This document shows, one piece after another, positions 1-10,514 of a DNA stretch of 34,867 bases. The DNA is from Stramenopiles sp. TOSAG23-3 (Eukaryota). A program made the translations under genes and the position numbers. How positions within the stretch are numbered: the stretch's first letter is position 1; each line of letters opens with the position of its first letter. The stretch spans positions 1-34,867 of the forward strand of contig LT642201.1 of assembly GCA_900128585.1 (NCBI GenBank). Direction: 5' to 3'. The notes beneath the pieces were generated by a model that did no database searches, had not been told where the DNA came from, and saw only the letters and a program-made list of their open reading frames with translations.

Positions 1-410
1 CGTATTACCAAAACACAAAAACAACTTGCTTGCAGTAGTATATATTAATATTTATCAATAGAGGGGAGTGTCTTCTCTTCTTCTCTCTTCTTTTCTCTTC
101 TTCTAGCTTCACCATTTCCTCCTCTCCTCAGCGCTCTTGCTTCTTCTTCCTGTGTTCTTGTTATTTTGTTTGTTTTGTTATTTATTTTATTTTATTTTTG
201 GGATGTGGATCCATTTTTATGTATAAAATAATAAGAACACAGCAAGAAGAATCAATAAGGGGTTGTTCTGATAAATATTAATACAGACACAGGAGAGACG
301 AACAGAGAGACTAGTTAAGTTGAAGATAATCTTTTGTATTCAACATTAAGTATAATAAGTACAACTTTACAATATCAAATACATTCCTATTTATAATAAA
401 TATTAACTCA

Positions 411-465
411 ATCTCAAATCTCAAATCTCAAATAATCCAGGATCATCCAGGATCCAGGATCCAGG
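411..465. repeat. Adjacent 7-mer tandem repeats: (ATCTCAA)x3 then about 4 x ATCCAGG
   Basis: ATCTCAA at 411, 418 and 425; ATCCAGG at 435, 445, 452 and 459. Lies just downstream of the PUS1 stop. Confidence 0.85.
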
Positions 466-541
466 AGGAGGAATAATTAAAATTCTCTCTCAATCTGTAC
501 GGTAAGGTACCGATAGTATTTATTCGCTCTCTGTGTGTGCT

Positions 542-2272
542 TTACTCTTTACCAGAGTTTGAGTCTTTTTTTCCATGCCACTTTTTGCGTGCCTGGTTGT
601 CGTCTTTGCCTTGCCAGTTCTTGCGCTTCTTTGCGCGGTTTTTTCTACCGTGGCTTGCGCCACTGTTGGCCTCCCGCACTCGTTGAATGTCTACTTTTTC
701 GTGAGCCGTCCCGTGGGGAAGAGAAAAGTAGTGGTTCGACAATGTGTTCAACCATCCAGAAAACGGTCGGTAAAGGACTATTCTCTGTGCAATGTGCCCG
801 TGTATGTACTGCCGTTTGAAACTATCCAGCCGCGCCACCAACTCCGGGCTGTCATACGTGAGCCCATCGCGCACCGTTTTGTTGACGACCAGCATACGGT
901 CGGCCTTCTTGTTGTACCCATCGAAGTACAAGCGGTCGAGGAACAAACCGTCCGGGGGTACGGATGGAACGGGCCATTTGTGAGCCGAAAAGGCGCTTGA
1001 AAAAACGTCTTCAATGTCGCACTTGTCGCTGACTCCGCGTCGCATCAAATGGACAACGAGGCCGCACATTTTTCGGATCTGGTGGAGCATGAAACTTTGC
1101 CCTACGACCCGCAGGGCAACAAACTCAATCCCATGGTTCATGAACGGCTCCGAGCACGTGAAGCTCATTATGTACCGCTGGCAGGACATCTCCCACGGCT
1201 GTTTGCCAGACGTAAAATTGTGGAACTTGTGGGTCCCTACATAACGCCCAAGGTATTCGTTGATCGTTGCCCGATCTTCCTCCGACATGCGGTACTCGGC
1301 AACCTGGACCGCCGAGGACGCCAGCGCCCACCGACCTGCACCATGGTGCAAAACAGCTTTCCCTACCTTTCTCAATTCTTTCTCGTTTTGGAAAAACTGT
1401 GCCACGCGGTTCCAACCCTCCATGCGACCAAGAAGCAGCCTTGTGCCGGTTTGCATCCCGTCGACTCGGGATTCGCTTGCGTCCTCGCCCGCTTTTTCTA
1501 GCGAATCCTCGGCTTCGGGAAATTTCTTTTCCCCGCCTGCGCCTGCTTCCCGGCTGCGCCTGGAGTGCTGTCGGCGGGCTTCAAAACCATCGAGGACGCC
1601 CTGCTTCCATTCCAAGACTCCCCGGGCCATTTCCTCCACGAGGTTGGTGCTTCCGTCGGCTCCCATGTCAACGTCTTCGGACGCAGACGCGTCCTTTCGC
1701 TTACGCTTTGGCCTCCGCTTCCAATCAAAGTAACGCGAGTCCCGCTGAAACATAAAGGTAGGCATGATGTACTCGTACCGCCGCTTTGCGCAGTGCCGCT
1801 GCGCGTTGTACGACTTGGTGACCACGTTCACTGCCATCACACGGATGGCTTCTGGGAGGTGTTTGTTGCAGCGCGCAATGAACGATTCGTGGTCCCCGGG
1901 CTCCAATCCTACCATCAATTTTGCCGTGACAACGTTCATCGCTGCGTGGACCCCCTTGTCGGTCCTCGCTGAACGCGACCACCCGATCCGTTGCAGCTTG
2001 TGCACGTTCGTGTCAAGAATCCCGCCGGCGTGAAAGAAGGCGGTCGCCAACTCGAGCTCGATAGTTTTTGCATGAGGATTAATTTGCAGCCCTCTGTAAC
2101 CACTTCCGCAATAAGACACTAAGATTGCGTACCTTCGTTTAGAGCATCTCGGGATCTCTTTAAAAGTCCCATCGTCTTGCTTCAGAAGGCGCTTTGCGCG
2201 TATGCCTTCGTCGTCCGCGTTGTCCGTAGACAGGTTATTCCTCTCACGGTTTGCAGGGTTCCGTGAGTTCAT
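542..2272 (-). CDS. PUS1: tRNA pseudouridine synthase, TruA/Pus1 family
   Basis: Motifs YCGSGYRGLQ, SARTDKGVHA (catalytic Asp), RRYEY, GTHKFHNFT and GQSFMLHQIRKM. Has a long internal insertion and a basic C-tail as in eukaryotic Pus1. Confidence 0.93.
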   Translation of the reverse strand: MNSRNPANRERNNLSTDNADDEGIRAKRLLKQDDGTFKEIPRCSKRRYAILVSYCGSGYRGLQINPHAKTIELELATAFFHAGGILDTNVHKLQRIGWSRSARTDKGVHAAMNVVTAKLMVGLEPGDHESFIARCNKHLPEAIRVMAVNVVTKSYNAQRHCAKRRYEYIMPTFMFQRDSRYFDWKRRPKRKRKDASASEDVDMGADGSTNLVEEMARGVLEWKQGVLDGFEARRQHSRRSREAGAGGEKKFPEAEDSLEKAGEDASESRVDGMQTGTRLLLGRMEGWNRVAQFFQNEKELRKVGKAVLHHGAGRWALASSAVQVAEYRMSEEDRATINEYLGRYVGTHKFHNFTSGKQPWEMSCQRYIMSFTCSEPFMNHGIEFVALRVVGQSFMLHQIRKMCGLVVHLMRRGVSDKCDIEDVFSSAFSAHKWPVPSVPPDGLFLDRLYFDGYNKKADRMLVVNKTVRDGLTYDSPELVARLDSFKRQYIHGHIAQRIVLYRPFSGWLNTLSNHYFSLPHGTAHEKVDIQRVREANSGASHGRKNRAKKRKNWQGKDDNQARKKWHGKKDSNSGKE

Positions 2273-2798
2273 TGTCGAACAGTGTGTTGGAGGTCGATAC
2301 GTTCGGTTGTATCTCTGTTATATATCCAATCTTCGTCACTTGGATCGTATCAAAAACGTAGAACAAATAGAGATTACATTTATAATCTCTAAACAATAAT
2401 CGCAATCTCGACCTTGTCCAATCGAACTTTAATATCTCATCACCAGGACATGTTCTCTAATCTTTTGATTTTGAGTACGAAGAAGAAGAAATAAATCGCA
2501 CCACTCCTCTTCCTCCTCTGCTCCTCCTTCTCTCCTCCACCCACCGACAAGTTCAAATAAGGTAGGTAATGATAAACAATATGTTCTCTATCATTTGTTC
2601 ATATCAAAAATACATGTATTATAATACTTATTAATAATGGATTAAATATACGATAAAACAAAATAGTATTCAATTAAGTAGATACACCTACCTTAAACTC
2701 ATTTTTATTTCTAGTCGTCCAGCTTTTCTTTCGCTATTTTTTCTTCAATGCTCCAAACCAGTTTTCTATTTCGTTGATCATTGTCCCTCTTGGTTGCT

Positions 2799-5700
2799 TC
2801 ATCGTGTGTATGATGATGCGTATGCATATTCCTCCACCAGCTCCCACGTCTCACCGTTTTTCTCCCCGCACTCGTTTTTCTCACCCCCCCCACCGTGGTA
2901 ACACAAAAACGTTTTGTAAGTGTACAGACCAGAAGAGGCATTCTTTGCATGCCGGCCTTTGAAACCGAAGTATACTGTTGAACAGCGCATTTGGCCATAG
3001 TCGCAATACCCATTACTGCATTTCCCATCTATGTGATTCGTCAAATTGTGAAGCTGAAATTCGCTGGTTGTTGCTGGAATTGTAAGGATACCGCTAATGT
3101 TCAAGTAACCCCGCGGAACCGGTCCTGAAATGCCGGTACCGTGCAAAAATACGCACTTGATGGGCATTTCCCTTGTGCTTGGAATTGCAGGGAATGTCCC
3201 ATTCAACCCAGAATTCCAGTGCAAAAGGAGGGTAACAAGTTTTGCGTTTCGGGCGAACAGGTCATAAGGAAGATGCCCTGATAGAGAATTCTGGTACACA
3301 CTTATTTCTTCTAAGGTACGGCTGGTAAAAGCATCAATTGCGCCATGCAGACCGGCTTTATACATGTAAAACTTCGTCAGATAGGGAAACACACTGCTCG
3401 CAAGCGACGGCATCGCATAATTCGACGTGGGGGAAAAATTTATCAGCACCAAAATATCTAATGTGGAATTGGTAACCTTTTCAAACGGTATCAACCCGAA
3501 GGTTTTCCCGTTGAAATCAATTTTAAGATACTTGTAATCCCAAAAATACGTTGGCCAGTTCCACTGAAAATGTTGCACGCTGGTTTTAAGCAAAGTAAGC
3601 ACTCTAAAATTTGAAAAACAGAGGGGGATGCTTGCAATAGCATTCATGCTTAGCTCATCAATGACAAGATACGATAACTTCGTAAGTCCGCAAAATAAGG
3701 AAAACGTTAAATTTTTCCAATCGTACCGTTTGTACATGTGCAAATTTACTACCGAGTTTTGAACGGCTGGCATTTGCAGCAACCGTTGGGGAACATTTCT
3801 ACCATTGCTCTGCGCGCTCAGCGAGAGCACAGTAACCTTAATTTGACCAGTAATTCGGACGTCTAGATCCGGGCGGTACTCGATGTATCCCGCAACGACT
3901 GAATCAATTAATTCAAGTTTCTCGTTCTCGCCCAAATCTAAAATTTTCAATCGTGGCCACCGCATGTACGGCTCCAAAAGAAAATTTCCACCGCTTCTGC
4001 TGCTGCTATTTACGCCAAACAGGTTAGAAATTTTTGTTTTGGAAACGTTTAAAATTTCTAGATTTGGAAACATGTCTAAAATCTGAAAGACTATCATACC
4101 ACCATCTCTCGAGTCTTTTTCAAAATTACAACCGCTAAAATCTAGAACTTTCATTTCACTGGTGGGAAAATTATTTTTGACAAACACGAAAATTGCCGTT
4201 TTCAATTTCTGCCCTGCAAGGTCTGTCAAAGAAAGATGGTCTACAATAGGGTTCCCGTGAAAACGTACCCGTCCACTCAATTCAACAATTTCGTTTGGCA
4301 ACCCATCTGGGGAAATTATGTTATGCGCCAAATCAAGCCTGGATAGTTTTGCAAACTTCCCTATGCAGGGCGCGATTGAATCGATAGAATTTCCCGACAC
4401 ATTCAACACCTCCAGATACTCGTAAAAGTGATCACACAGAATCTTCTGTGGAAATTCCCCCGTGATGCTGTAGTATGATAAGTCTAACTCCCTGGATACG
4501 GGATTGTTTTGGAATGTCATGCGTTCTACATTCTTCAAATAGAGAAAGGATTTTGGAAGGGTTGCGATTGCATGGTCGTTTACGTGCAGTTCTTTCAACA
4601 ATGTGCAGTTTCCTATTTGTTTGGGCAGGGCACTCATTTTCTTGCTCCACCTTTGATGTCCAGCGCTATCAACGAAATCCGCGTTTATAGTCTCGATATA
4701 AGCGTACCCGCACGAGGGCACATAAGGATTGCCGGAATTCTTGAACATGCGCTTTGGTGAAGCGGACTGCCACAAGTTTTCGCCAAACTCGCCTGCGCAC
4801 CTTTTGTATTCTACCATCAAGGGAACAGCAATTATACCAACCCACACAGCCCCAACGAGGGACAACATCATTCCCGCACGAGCTTCTATTTTGTCAAACC
4901 GGTTGCGTAGTTTAATCAAGCACTGGATCGGTTTACTTTCAAGGCTGTTCTTCACCTTGAGTATGTTTAAAGAAATGCCGTGCAAAGATTTCTTTTGTTT
5001 CCCTTTGAGTATCACGACTTGGTGTATGGATCGCATTTTTAACGTTATGGATATAATCGGCCATGCAATAGCTAAATTTACGAAAGGCCTTGTTTCTACT
5101 TCGGTCCTCGTCTCCCCGCCTCTCCATAAATTGATTCCGAAGTACATCATATCCATCAACCCATCCACAGTGTACACCATCATTTTGCTGAACTCTCTGT
5201 TGTACCGTTTTCGCATCATCATAACTGCAGGAGAAATGATAATGTTGAAAAACATTAGTGTCAGGTAGAGAAAAACATACTGGTGGTTCGCGGTAGTACA
5301 GACGTCATAAAAGCAAAGAACTTGCAAAACGATTTCGAACAGTTCCATGGCGACTTGCTTTACAAAGAAATACTTTCCATACCTTAGCCCAAACATAGAA
5401 CGGTAAAAGGTGTAAAGCTGATAAAATTGCTCGCAAGTGCGCTTTGTTTTTCCGTCTGTGTTTTTATTACCAGCCAACTTTTTTATCCGGAAAGTTAGTC
5501 CACGAACTATACTCGAAACCTGTATGACAGTGAGCACAAATGCAAACATGGACACCCCGTAAAACACCATGATTGAAACGTACCCAGCGCTCCTATTGGC
5601 TGGTGCCTCTTGCTTCAACAGTAACTCCTGGCTTACCGCGTGCAGGGCACCACTAAAAAGCACCGCCGAACAGACAAACGCAGTAATGGACAGATGAACT

Positions 5701-7076
5701 TTATCTTTTCTGCTTAGTTGGGTAAACGGTACCACCCCCACAGTTTTATTTTTGCGGGTGTCCAAACCAGCAACGTAACGTATTCTGCACACCGCAAATC
5801 CTGCACTAAGGCTGGCCAAGACGATCAAATACCAGAACACAAAACCATCAATGCTGACCTGTCCTTTTTTGGCCGCGGCAGCGTCCCTCCCGAGTTCGTC
5901 TACCTCCGTTACGTACGATTTAATACTTTGTTTGGAGCAATGTGATGTGTGGTCTTCCAGCCCTTGCGATGGTGTGACCTTAAACTGTGGCACATCAATA
6001 CACTGTGGGGTTTCAACCGACCGGCATTCGTTCTTTAAAACGGTTCGGTACTCTCTCTCTGCAAGATTAATCATCTCTGCTATTAAATCAAACATGTCGT
6101 CTAACGAAGCTACATTTTGCGATTTCCTAACCTGTTCTACCCCCGGTTTAAATAAGTTGTGCAACGTGTTGCTGTTGTCGTTTATGTTCCTTATCATGTC
6201 AAAGTACAACTCGATTTTGGATTGGGTCTTTCTTGGGCATAGTTTGTGAAACTTCGTGCATCGATCTTTGCAAACAGGAATGGGATTGCACTTGGAATTG
6301 CACGTTGAGAAAATGGTAGCACAAGACATGTCAAATAAGAAATCGAAGCACTCGGCGTCTTCACTGCTATATGTTAATCTCATTTGAGTCGTTATCGTTG
6401 TATACATATAATCGTACACTGCAAGGGTTTCTAGTCTATTCAAGCCTTTCAGACTAACATCAAATGATAGGTGGGATATTGCAGCACCCTTCGGACCAAG
6501 CGCCTTCATGCAGTTGGATCCCCATTCCCTATTGGCCGTTATCACGGTGCAGTTGTCAGTATCAATGTGTGGCACCAGGACTTCGGCCTGGCTAGCCTGG
6601 TTGGGCAGGCTATCTGTTGGCAAATGGTTGAATACCAAGAGAAAAATGTATATAGGCAGTCCAAAAAATGTGGGGATGACTGGAAACCTGCTTTTCCTGA
6701 AACCTTTGCTCTCTTCGTACATGTTTACCACTTGCATGTTTACAAATGACCACCCCGCGACGCCGAATATGAGCCCAAGCGCTATCTTTCCAAGAACGGT
6801 GCCTGTCTGTTTGAAGACCACCAAAGTCACCACCACAGGAAGGGCACTAATGAAAATTGCTGCCAACGCCGTCGCCTGTTTACACTTAACCCCAAGCACT
6901 TCGTTAAAGTAAGACAACCGGTTTCCCCGACCTGTTCGTTTCGCCCCGCGGGATTCCCGAACCTCCTTGCTTACATACAGAGGGTTATGGAACACCTGGC
7001 CTCTCAAACCGTTACCATCCGTTCCCGCCATCGTCTTTGGCCCGTGGTGCGCCGTGTCTTCGGGAGCGACATCCAT
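2799..7076 (-). CDS. Large multi-pass membrane protein: N-terminal TMs, Frizzled-like cysteine-rich domain, multi-TM core, long C-terminal LRR region
   Basis: Open frame of about 1425 aa from ATG 7076 (MDVAPED); the ORF-track start at 7178 is a TTG in AT-rich sequence. About 10-12 hydrophobic segments. Cys block CFDFLFDMSCATIFSTCNSKCNPIPVCKDRCTKFHKLC. LRRs such as LPKQIGNCTLLKELHVNDHAIATLP, LEVLNVSGNSI, LSRLDLAHN and NSLSGHLP. Confidence 0.8.
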   Translation of the reverse strand: MDVAPEDTAHHGPKTMAGTDGNGLRGQVFHNPLYVSKEVRESRGAKRTGRGNRLSYFNEVLGVKCKQATALAAIFISALPVVVTLVVFKQTGTVLGKIALGLIFGVAGWSFVNMQVVNMYEESKGFRKSRFPVIPTFFGLPIYIFLLVFNHLPTDSLPNQASQAEVLVPHIDTDNCTVITANREWGSNCMKALGPKGAAISHLSFDVSLKGLNRLETLAVYDYMYTTITTQMRLTYSSEDAECFDFLFDMSCATIFSTCNSKCNPIPVCKDRCTKFHKLCPRKTQSKIELYFDMIRNINDNSNTLHNLFKPGVEQVRKSQNVASLDDMFDLIAEMINLAEREYRTVLKNECRSVETPQCIDVPQFKVTPSQGLEDHTSHCSKQSIKSYVTEVDELGRDAAAAKKGQVSIDGFVFWYLIVLASLSAGFAVCRIRYVAGLDTRKNKTVGVVPFTQLSRKDKVHLSITAFVCSAVLFSGALHAVSQELLLKQEAPANRSAGYVSIMVFYGVSMFAFVLTVIQVSSIVRGLTFRIKKLAGNKNTDGKTKRTCEQFYQLYTFYRSMFGLRYGKYFFVKQVAMELFEIVLQVLCFYDVCTTANHQYVFLYLTLMFFNIIISPAVMMMRKRYNREFSKMMVYTVDGLMDMMYFGINLWRGGETRTEVETRPFVNLAIAWPIISITLKMRSIHQVVILKGKQKKSLHGISLNILKVKNSLESKPIQCLIKLRNRFDKIEARAGMMLSLVGAVWVGIIAVPLMVEYKRCAGEFGENLWQSASPKRMFKNSGNPYVPSCGYAYIETINADFVDSAGHQRWSKKMSALPKQIGNCTLLKELHVNDHAIATLPKSFLYLKNVERMTFQNNPVSRELDLSYYSITGEFPQKILCDHFYEYLEVLNVSGNSIDSIAPCIGKFAKLSRLDLAHNIISPDGLPNEIVELSGRVRFHGNPIVDHLSLTDLAGQKLKTAIFVFVKNNFPTSEMKVLDFSGCNFEKDSRDGGMIVFQILDMFPNLEILNVSKTKISNLFGVNSSSRSGGNFLLEPYMRWPRLKILDLGENEKLELIDSVVAGYIEYRPDLDVRITGQIKVTVLSLSAQSNGRNVPQRLLQMPAVQNSVVNLHMYKRYDWKNLTFSLFCGLTKLSYLVIDELSMNAIASIPLCFSNFRVLTLLKTSVQHFQWNWPTYFWDYKYLKIDFNGKTFGLIPFEKVTNSTLDILVLINFSPTSNYAMPSLASSVFPYLTKFYMYKAGLHGAIDAFTSRTLEEISVYQNSLSGHLPYDLFARNAKLVTLLLHWNSGLNGTFPAIPSTREMPIKCVFLHGTGISGPVPRGYLNISGILTIPATTSEFQLHNLTNHIDGKCSNGYCDYGQMRCSTVYFGFKGRHAKNASSGLYTYKTFLCYHGGGGEKNECGEKNGETWELVEEYAYASSYTR

Positions 7077-7134
7077 GCCAAAATTGAAACTACTATTCAA
7101 TTTCAACAAACAATACATAAGTGTTAAACTTTGT

Positions 7135-7167
7135 AAATCATTACCGTACGTAAAATCATTACCGTAC
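7135..7167. repeat. Direct repeat AAATCATTACCGTAC x2 (18-bp period) in the divergent LRR-gene/VPS4 spacer
   Basis: Identical 15-mers at 7135-7149 and 7153-7167, about 60-90 bp upstream of the LRR gene ATG. Confidence 0.8.
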
Positions 7168-7751
7168 TCAAAATTCAAAATGTAAAAATGTTTATTTATT
7201 AATATAAAAAATTCGTTAGAAAACGCAAATGCAAAGAAGAAGTAATGTCATATTATAGAATACAGTAATTTATACTACTAAAATTACCTATTACTATTTC
7301 TTTCTTTTATCCCACGCACAAAGCACAAAAGACAAAAGAACCAACCAGGAAGAATAAAGCATTTGTAATTTGCAATGGTATGCGATGTATTATTTCTATT
7401 GAACAGTTGTTTTCCATTATTATTAATATTGGTTTTGGTTTTGGTTTTCTCCTTTTTTTTTAGTTATTAGTTGGATGATTGATGATTGATATAGAAGACG
7501 GGACTACTATGTTGAACATGAGAATAATTCAACAAAACAACAACAGAAAAACAAAAACAAATGAATGAATGAGAAAAATCAAAGCGTAAAAGATCAAACG
7601 TCCTTTACTCCATCGTATCATTTGTATAGACATACATACAATATAGTCTATATACCCCTAGACAAAGACCACAGGAAAAGCAACAACAGATTAAAACGGG
7701 TTACAAACGCAACGAGGAGAGTAAGCCGAGTCATAACAGCAACTTGACACC

Positions 7752-9179
7752 ATGTCCAACAAACTAACAAACGAGGCGTTGAAAATTATTTCGGACGCTC
7801 ACGCGGCGGACAAGCGTGGGGATTTGAAGCGGTCTAAGGAACTGTACGCAAAGGGCCTTCCCATTCTGGGGAAAGCGATACGGTTCGAAAAATTAGAACA
7901 AACGAAGAAGCAGTTGACCGAGTTCCTGCACTCAAAATTGGAACGTGCAGAAGAAATTGCAAAGCAGCTGAGGGAGGGGCCAGCGGGCGATTCCAGCAAG
8001 AAACCTAGCCCCTCCGACTCCGAAAAGAAGAAGGCCGACGGGAAAGGGAAGGAAGAGTCAAAAAAAGGCGAGGAAGGCGAAGAGAAGGAAGAGGAGTTGG
8101 ACCCGGAAATGCAAAAGCTGCAAAAGGGGCTGGCCGGGGCCATCTTGGGGACCAAGCCGGACGTCAAGTGGGACGACGTCGCGGGGCTGGAAGGGGCCAA
8201 GTCGGCGTTGAAAGAAGCGGTGATCCTGCCCGCAAAGTTCCCACAACTGTTTACGGGCACGCGCAGGCCGTGGAAAGGGATCCTCCTGTACGGCCCGCCG
8301 GGAACGGGGAAGTCGTACCTTGCCAAGGCGGTCGCCACGGAAGCGGAGTCCACGTTTTTCAGCGTCAGTTCGTCGGATTTGGTGTCGAAATGGCAAGGGG
8401 AGAGCGAAAAGCTGGTGAAGAATTTGTTCGAAATGGCCCGAAAGCGGAAACCGGCCATTTTGTTTATAGACGAAATAGATTCACTGTGCGGCGCACGGGG
8501 GGAAGGGGAGAGCGAGAGCTCCCGGCGCATCAAGACAGAGTTTTTAGTGCAGATGCAGGGCGTCGGCCACTCGCACGACGGTATTTTGGTGCTCGGGGCT
8601 ACCAATACCCCGTGGAGCCTGGACCCCGCCATGCGGAGACGTTTCGAGAAAAGGATATACATCGCGCTGCCCGAGGAGGAGGCAAGGGCGCGAATGTTTA
8701 AGATACACATGGGGGATACAAAGTGCAACCTGGGCGACAACGAATACGACCGGTTGGGCATCATGGCGCACGGGTACAGTGGGTCAGACATTAGCGTGAC
8801 GGTCCGGGAGGCCTTGATGCAACCGTTGCGCGAGTGCCAGAATGCCAAGTTCTTCCGCCCCGATAGAGACGGGATGTTGACCCCAGAACTGCGCTACCCC
8901 CCCTGCTCTGCGTGCCCGATGGTGCTTGATTCTCGGCAACTGGACGACTGGGACAGTGCCAAAGGGACGAACTCCCCGAGCAGCCGCCAGTGCAAAAAGT
9001 GCGGCTGCATTCGCATCGACTTGATGGACGACCACATGGAGCCCGAAAAGTTGTTGTGCCCCATAGTTACCTTTAACCATTTCCAACAGGTACTGAGCCG
9101 GGGCGGTGGGGCAACCGTAAGCCCAGGGGAATTGACACGCTTTGAACAGTGGACCCAGGAATTCGGCCAGGAAGGTTGA
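7752..9179 (+). CDS. VPS4: Vacuolar protein sorting 4 AAA+ ATPase (MIT + AAA + Vps4_C)
   Basis: N-terminal MIT helices, [13 protein letters not shown], Walker A GPPGTGKS, pore loop [11 protein letters not shown], Walker [19 protein letters not shown] and the terminal FGQEG hallmark. Confidence 0.97.
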   Translation: MSNKLTNEALKIISDAHAADKRGDLKRSKELYAKGLPILGKAIRFEKLEQTKKQLTEFLHSKLERAEEIAKQLREGPAGDSSKKPSPSDSEKKKADGKGKEESKKGEEGEEKEEELDPEMQKLQKGLAGAILGTKPDVKWDDVAGLEGAKSALKEAVILPAKFPQLFTGTRRPWKGILLYGPPGTGKSYLAKAVATEAESTFFSVSSSDLVSKWQGESEKLVKNLFEMARKRKPAILFIDEIDSLCGARGEGESESSRRIKTEFLVQMQGVGHSHDGILVLGATNTPWSLDPAMRRRFEKRIYIALPEEEARARMFKIHMGDTKCNLGDNEYDRLGIMAHGYSGSDISVTVREALMQPLRECQNAKFFRPDRDGMLTPELRYPPCSACPMVLDSRQLDDWDSAKGTNSPSSRQCKKCGCIRIDLMDDHMEPEKLLCPIVTFNHFQQVLSRGGGATVSPGELTRFEQWTQEFGQEG

Positions 9180-9921
9180 GAAAATTGTCTCGTGTTAGCA
9201 TGAACACCGTCTGCGTGTAGTCCGTGTGTGTATCACCATTGCGATTCTTCTCTTGTATATACTCGTAGTGTGTGTACCAATCTAAAATTTAATAGATGTT
9301 CGAACATGTGTTGTGGTTAGTAAATATTTAGTTATCTTATATAATATTTCAATATTTTATTACTTAAATAGTTCTAATATTAATAATATTTTATAACCTT
9401 TAAAACCTCATTCACTCCTCTTCTTTTATTTTTATTAATTTTATTAATTGTCGTATAAATAGGCAATTGTATTTAGTATACCTATTACATATACTTATTT
9501 AAAATGAGGAACCTTTTTCTTTGGATCATTATTCTTAGTCTATGATGTAGCTATATTAGAGTCTAGAATGATATCATTTTTAAAAAAGGGGGGGGAAGGA
9601 AGGGAAGGGAGAAGTAAATTGTATACAGTACGTATATGCATATATAAAAGGAAATGGTACATTGAATAGGAAGGGAATATATAGTTAATCAACAGATATA
9701 TAATGTAGAAGTATATTCCATAGTCTCTACTATAACGACATAACGACTTGTTTATTACTTCCTTCATATTTAGGGATTTGTGTTTCATTAGTGTCATGAG
9801 TGAGAGTTTGAATCGAACGGAAAGGAAAGGAAAGGTTTTATTTGAAAAGGGAGTGAAATGAAGAAGGAAATCCGAGGATATTGAATTCTTTAGTGTATAG
9901 TTATATTGAAGATATTGAAAA

Positions 9922-10440
9922 ATGAAGATTCTATCATTGGTAGTTGCGTCCTCCCTTTTGGTTCTGGGCCAGGGGATAAACATCCGCCACCAACACCAAC
10001 TGCATTCAACTCCGTCCTGCACGTATACGCCGTTTCGCAGAACAGTTATATTTACCGTCCGTGACGAAGACAAGGGGAGCCCCATCGAATTCAAAAAGAA
10101 TGACACTAACTGGGTACGCGATTATCTTTCTCGTTCCACAGATGGTCGAAAGGTTGCGGTCACCTTGGATTGTGATTGCTGCAAAACTTATCCGAACAAC
10201 AAACTCTGCAACGCGAAGTGTCACAAAGGTACAACTTTCTACGCAAAAGTTGGCAACTCGAAAATCATCTTGTCAAATAATGGTAACAGCAAAGATCCAA
10301 AGCATGGAGACATCTTGTTTTCAGCCGAAATGCACCCAGGAGAAATGGTAAAAGACATTCCGTATGATGTATTGTACCCCGTTCAGAAGCAAGGCCGTCG
10401 GCGCAGGCTGCTTGCGGAGCACAAGTCTCCAATGAGCTGA
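9922..10440 (+). CDS. Small secreted protein of unknown function, Cys cluster, C-terminal RRRRLL motif
   Basis: Signal-peptide-like MKILSLVVASSLLVLGQG. The GC rise matches the ORF boundaries. Contains CDCC..LCNAKC and ends GRRRRLLAEHKSPMS. Confidence 0.75.
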   Translation: MKILSLVVASSLLVLGQGINIRHQHQLHSTPSCTYTPFRRTVIFTVRDEDKGSPIEFKKNDTNWVRDYLSRSTDGRKVAVTLDCDCCKTYPNNKLCNAKCHKGTTFYAKVGNSKIILSNNGNSKDPKHGDILFSAEMHPGEMVKDIPYDVLYPVQKQGRRRRLLAEHKSPMS

Positions 10441-10514
10441 ATGCGTGAACTTATCTTGTTAAGCTTACTCTAAATACTTTCATGATATGATAACATTAAT
10501 TTAGTCAATGATTT

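Noticed and set aside
411-465. Short repeats considered as a CRISPR-like or regulatory array
   Set aside because: Plain 7-mer tandem repeats without spacers, in a eukaryotic context.
2711-3028. Overlapping 105-aa minus ORF at the LRR gene end, suggesting a frameshifted alternative C-terminus
   Set aside because: No domain signal, and the main frame ends plausibly. Cannot be supported without reads.
7799-8848. 349-aa antisense ORF over VPS4
   Set aside because: It is an antisense shadow of a GC-rich conserved gene, with no recognisable motifs.
9540-10106. 188-aa minus-strand ORF
   Set aside because: Runs through AT-rich spacer with F/L/I/Y-biased translation and overlaps the better-supported secreted gene.
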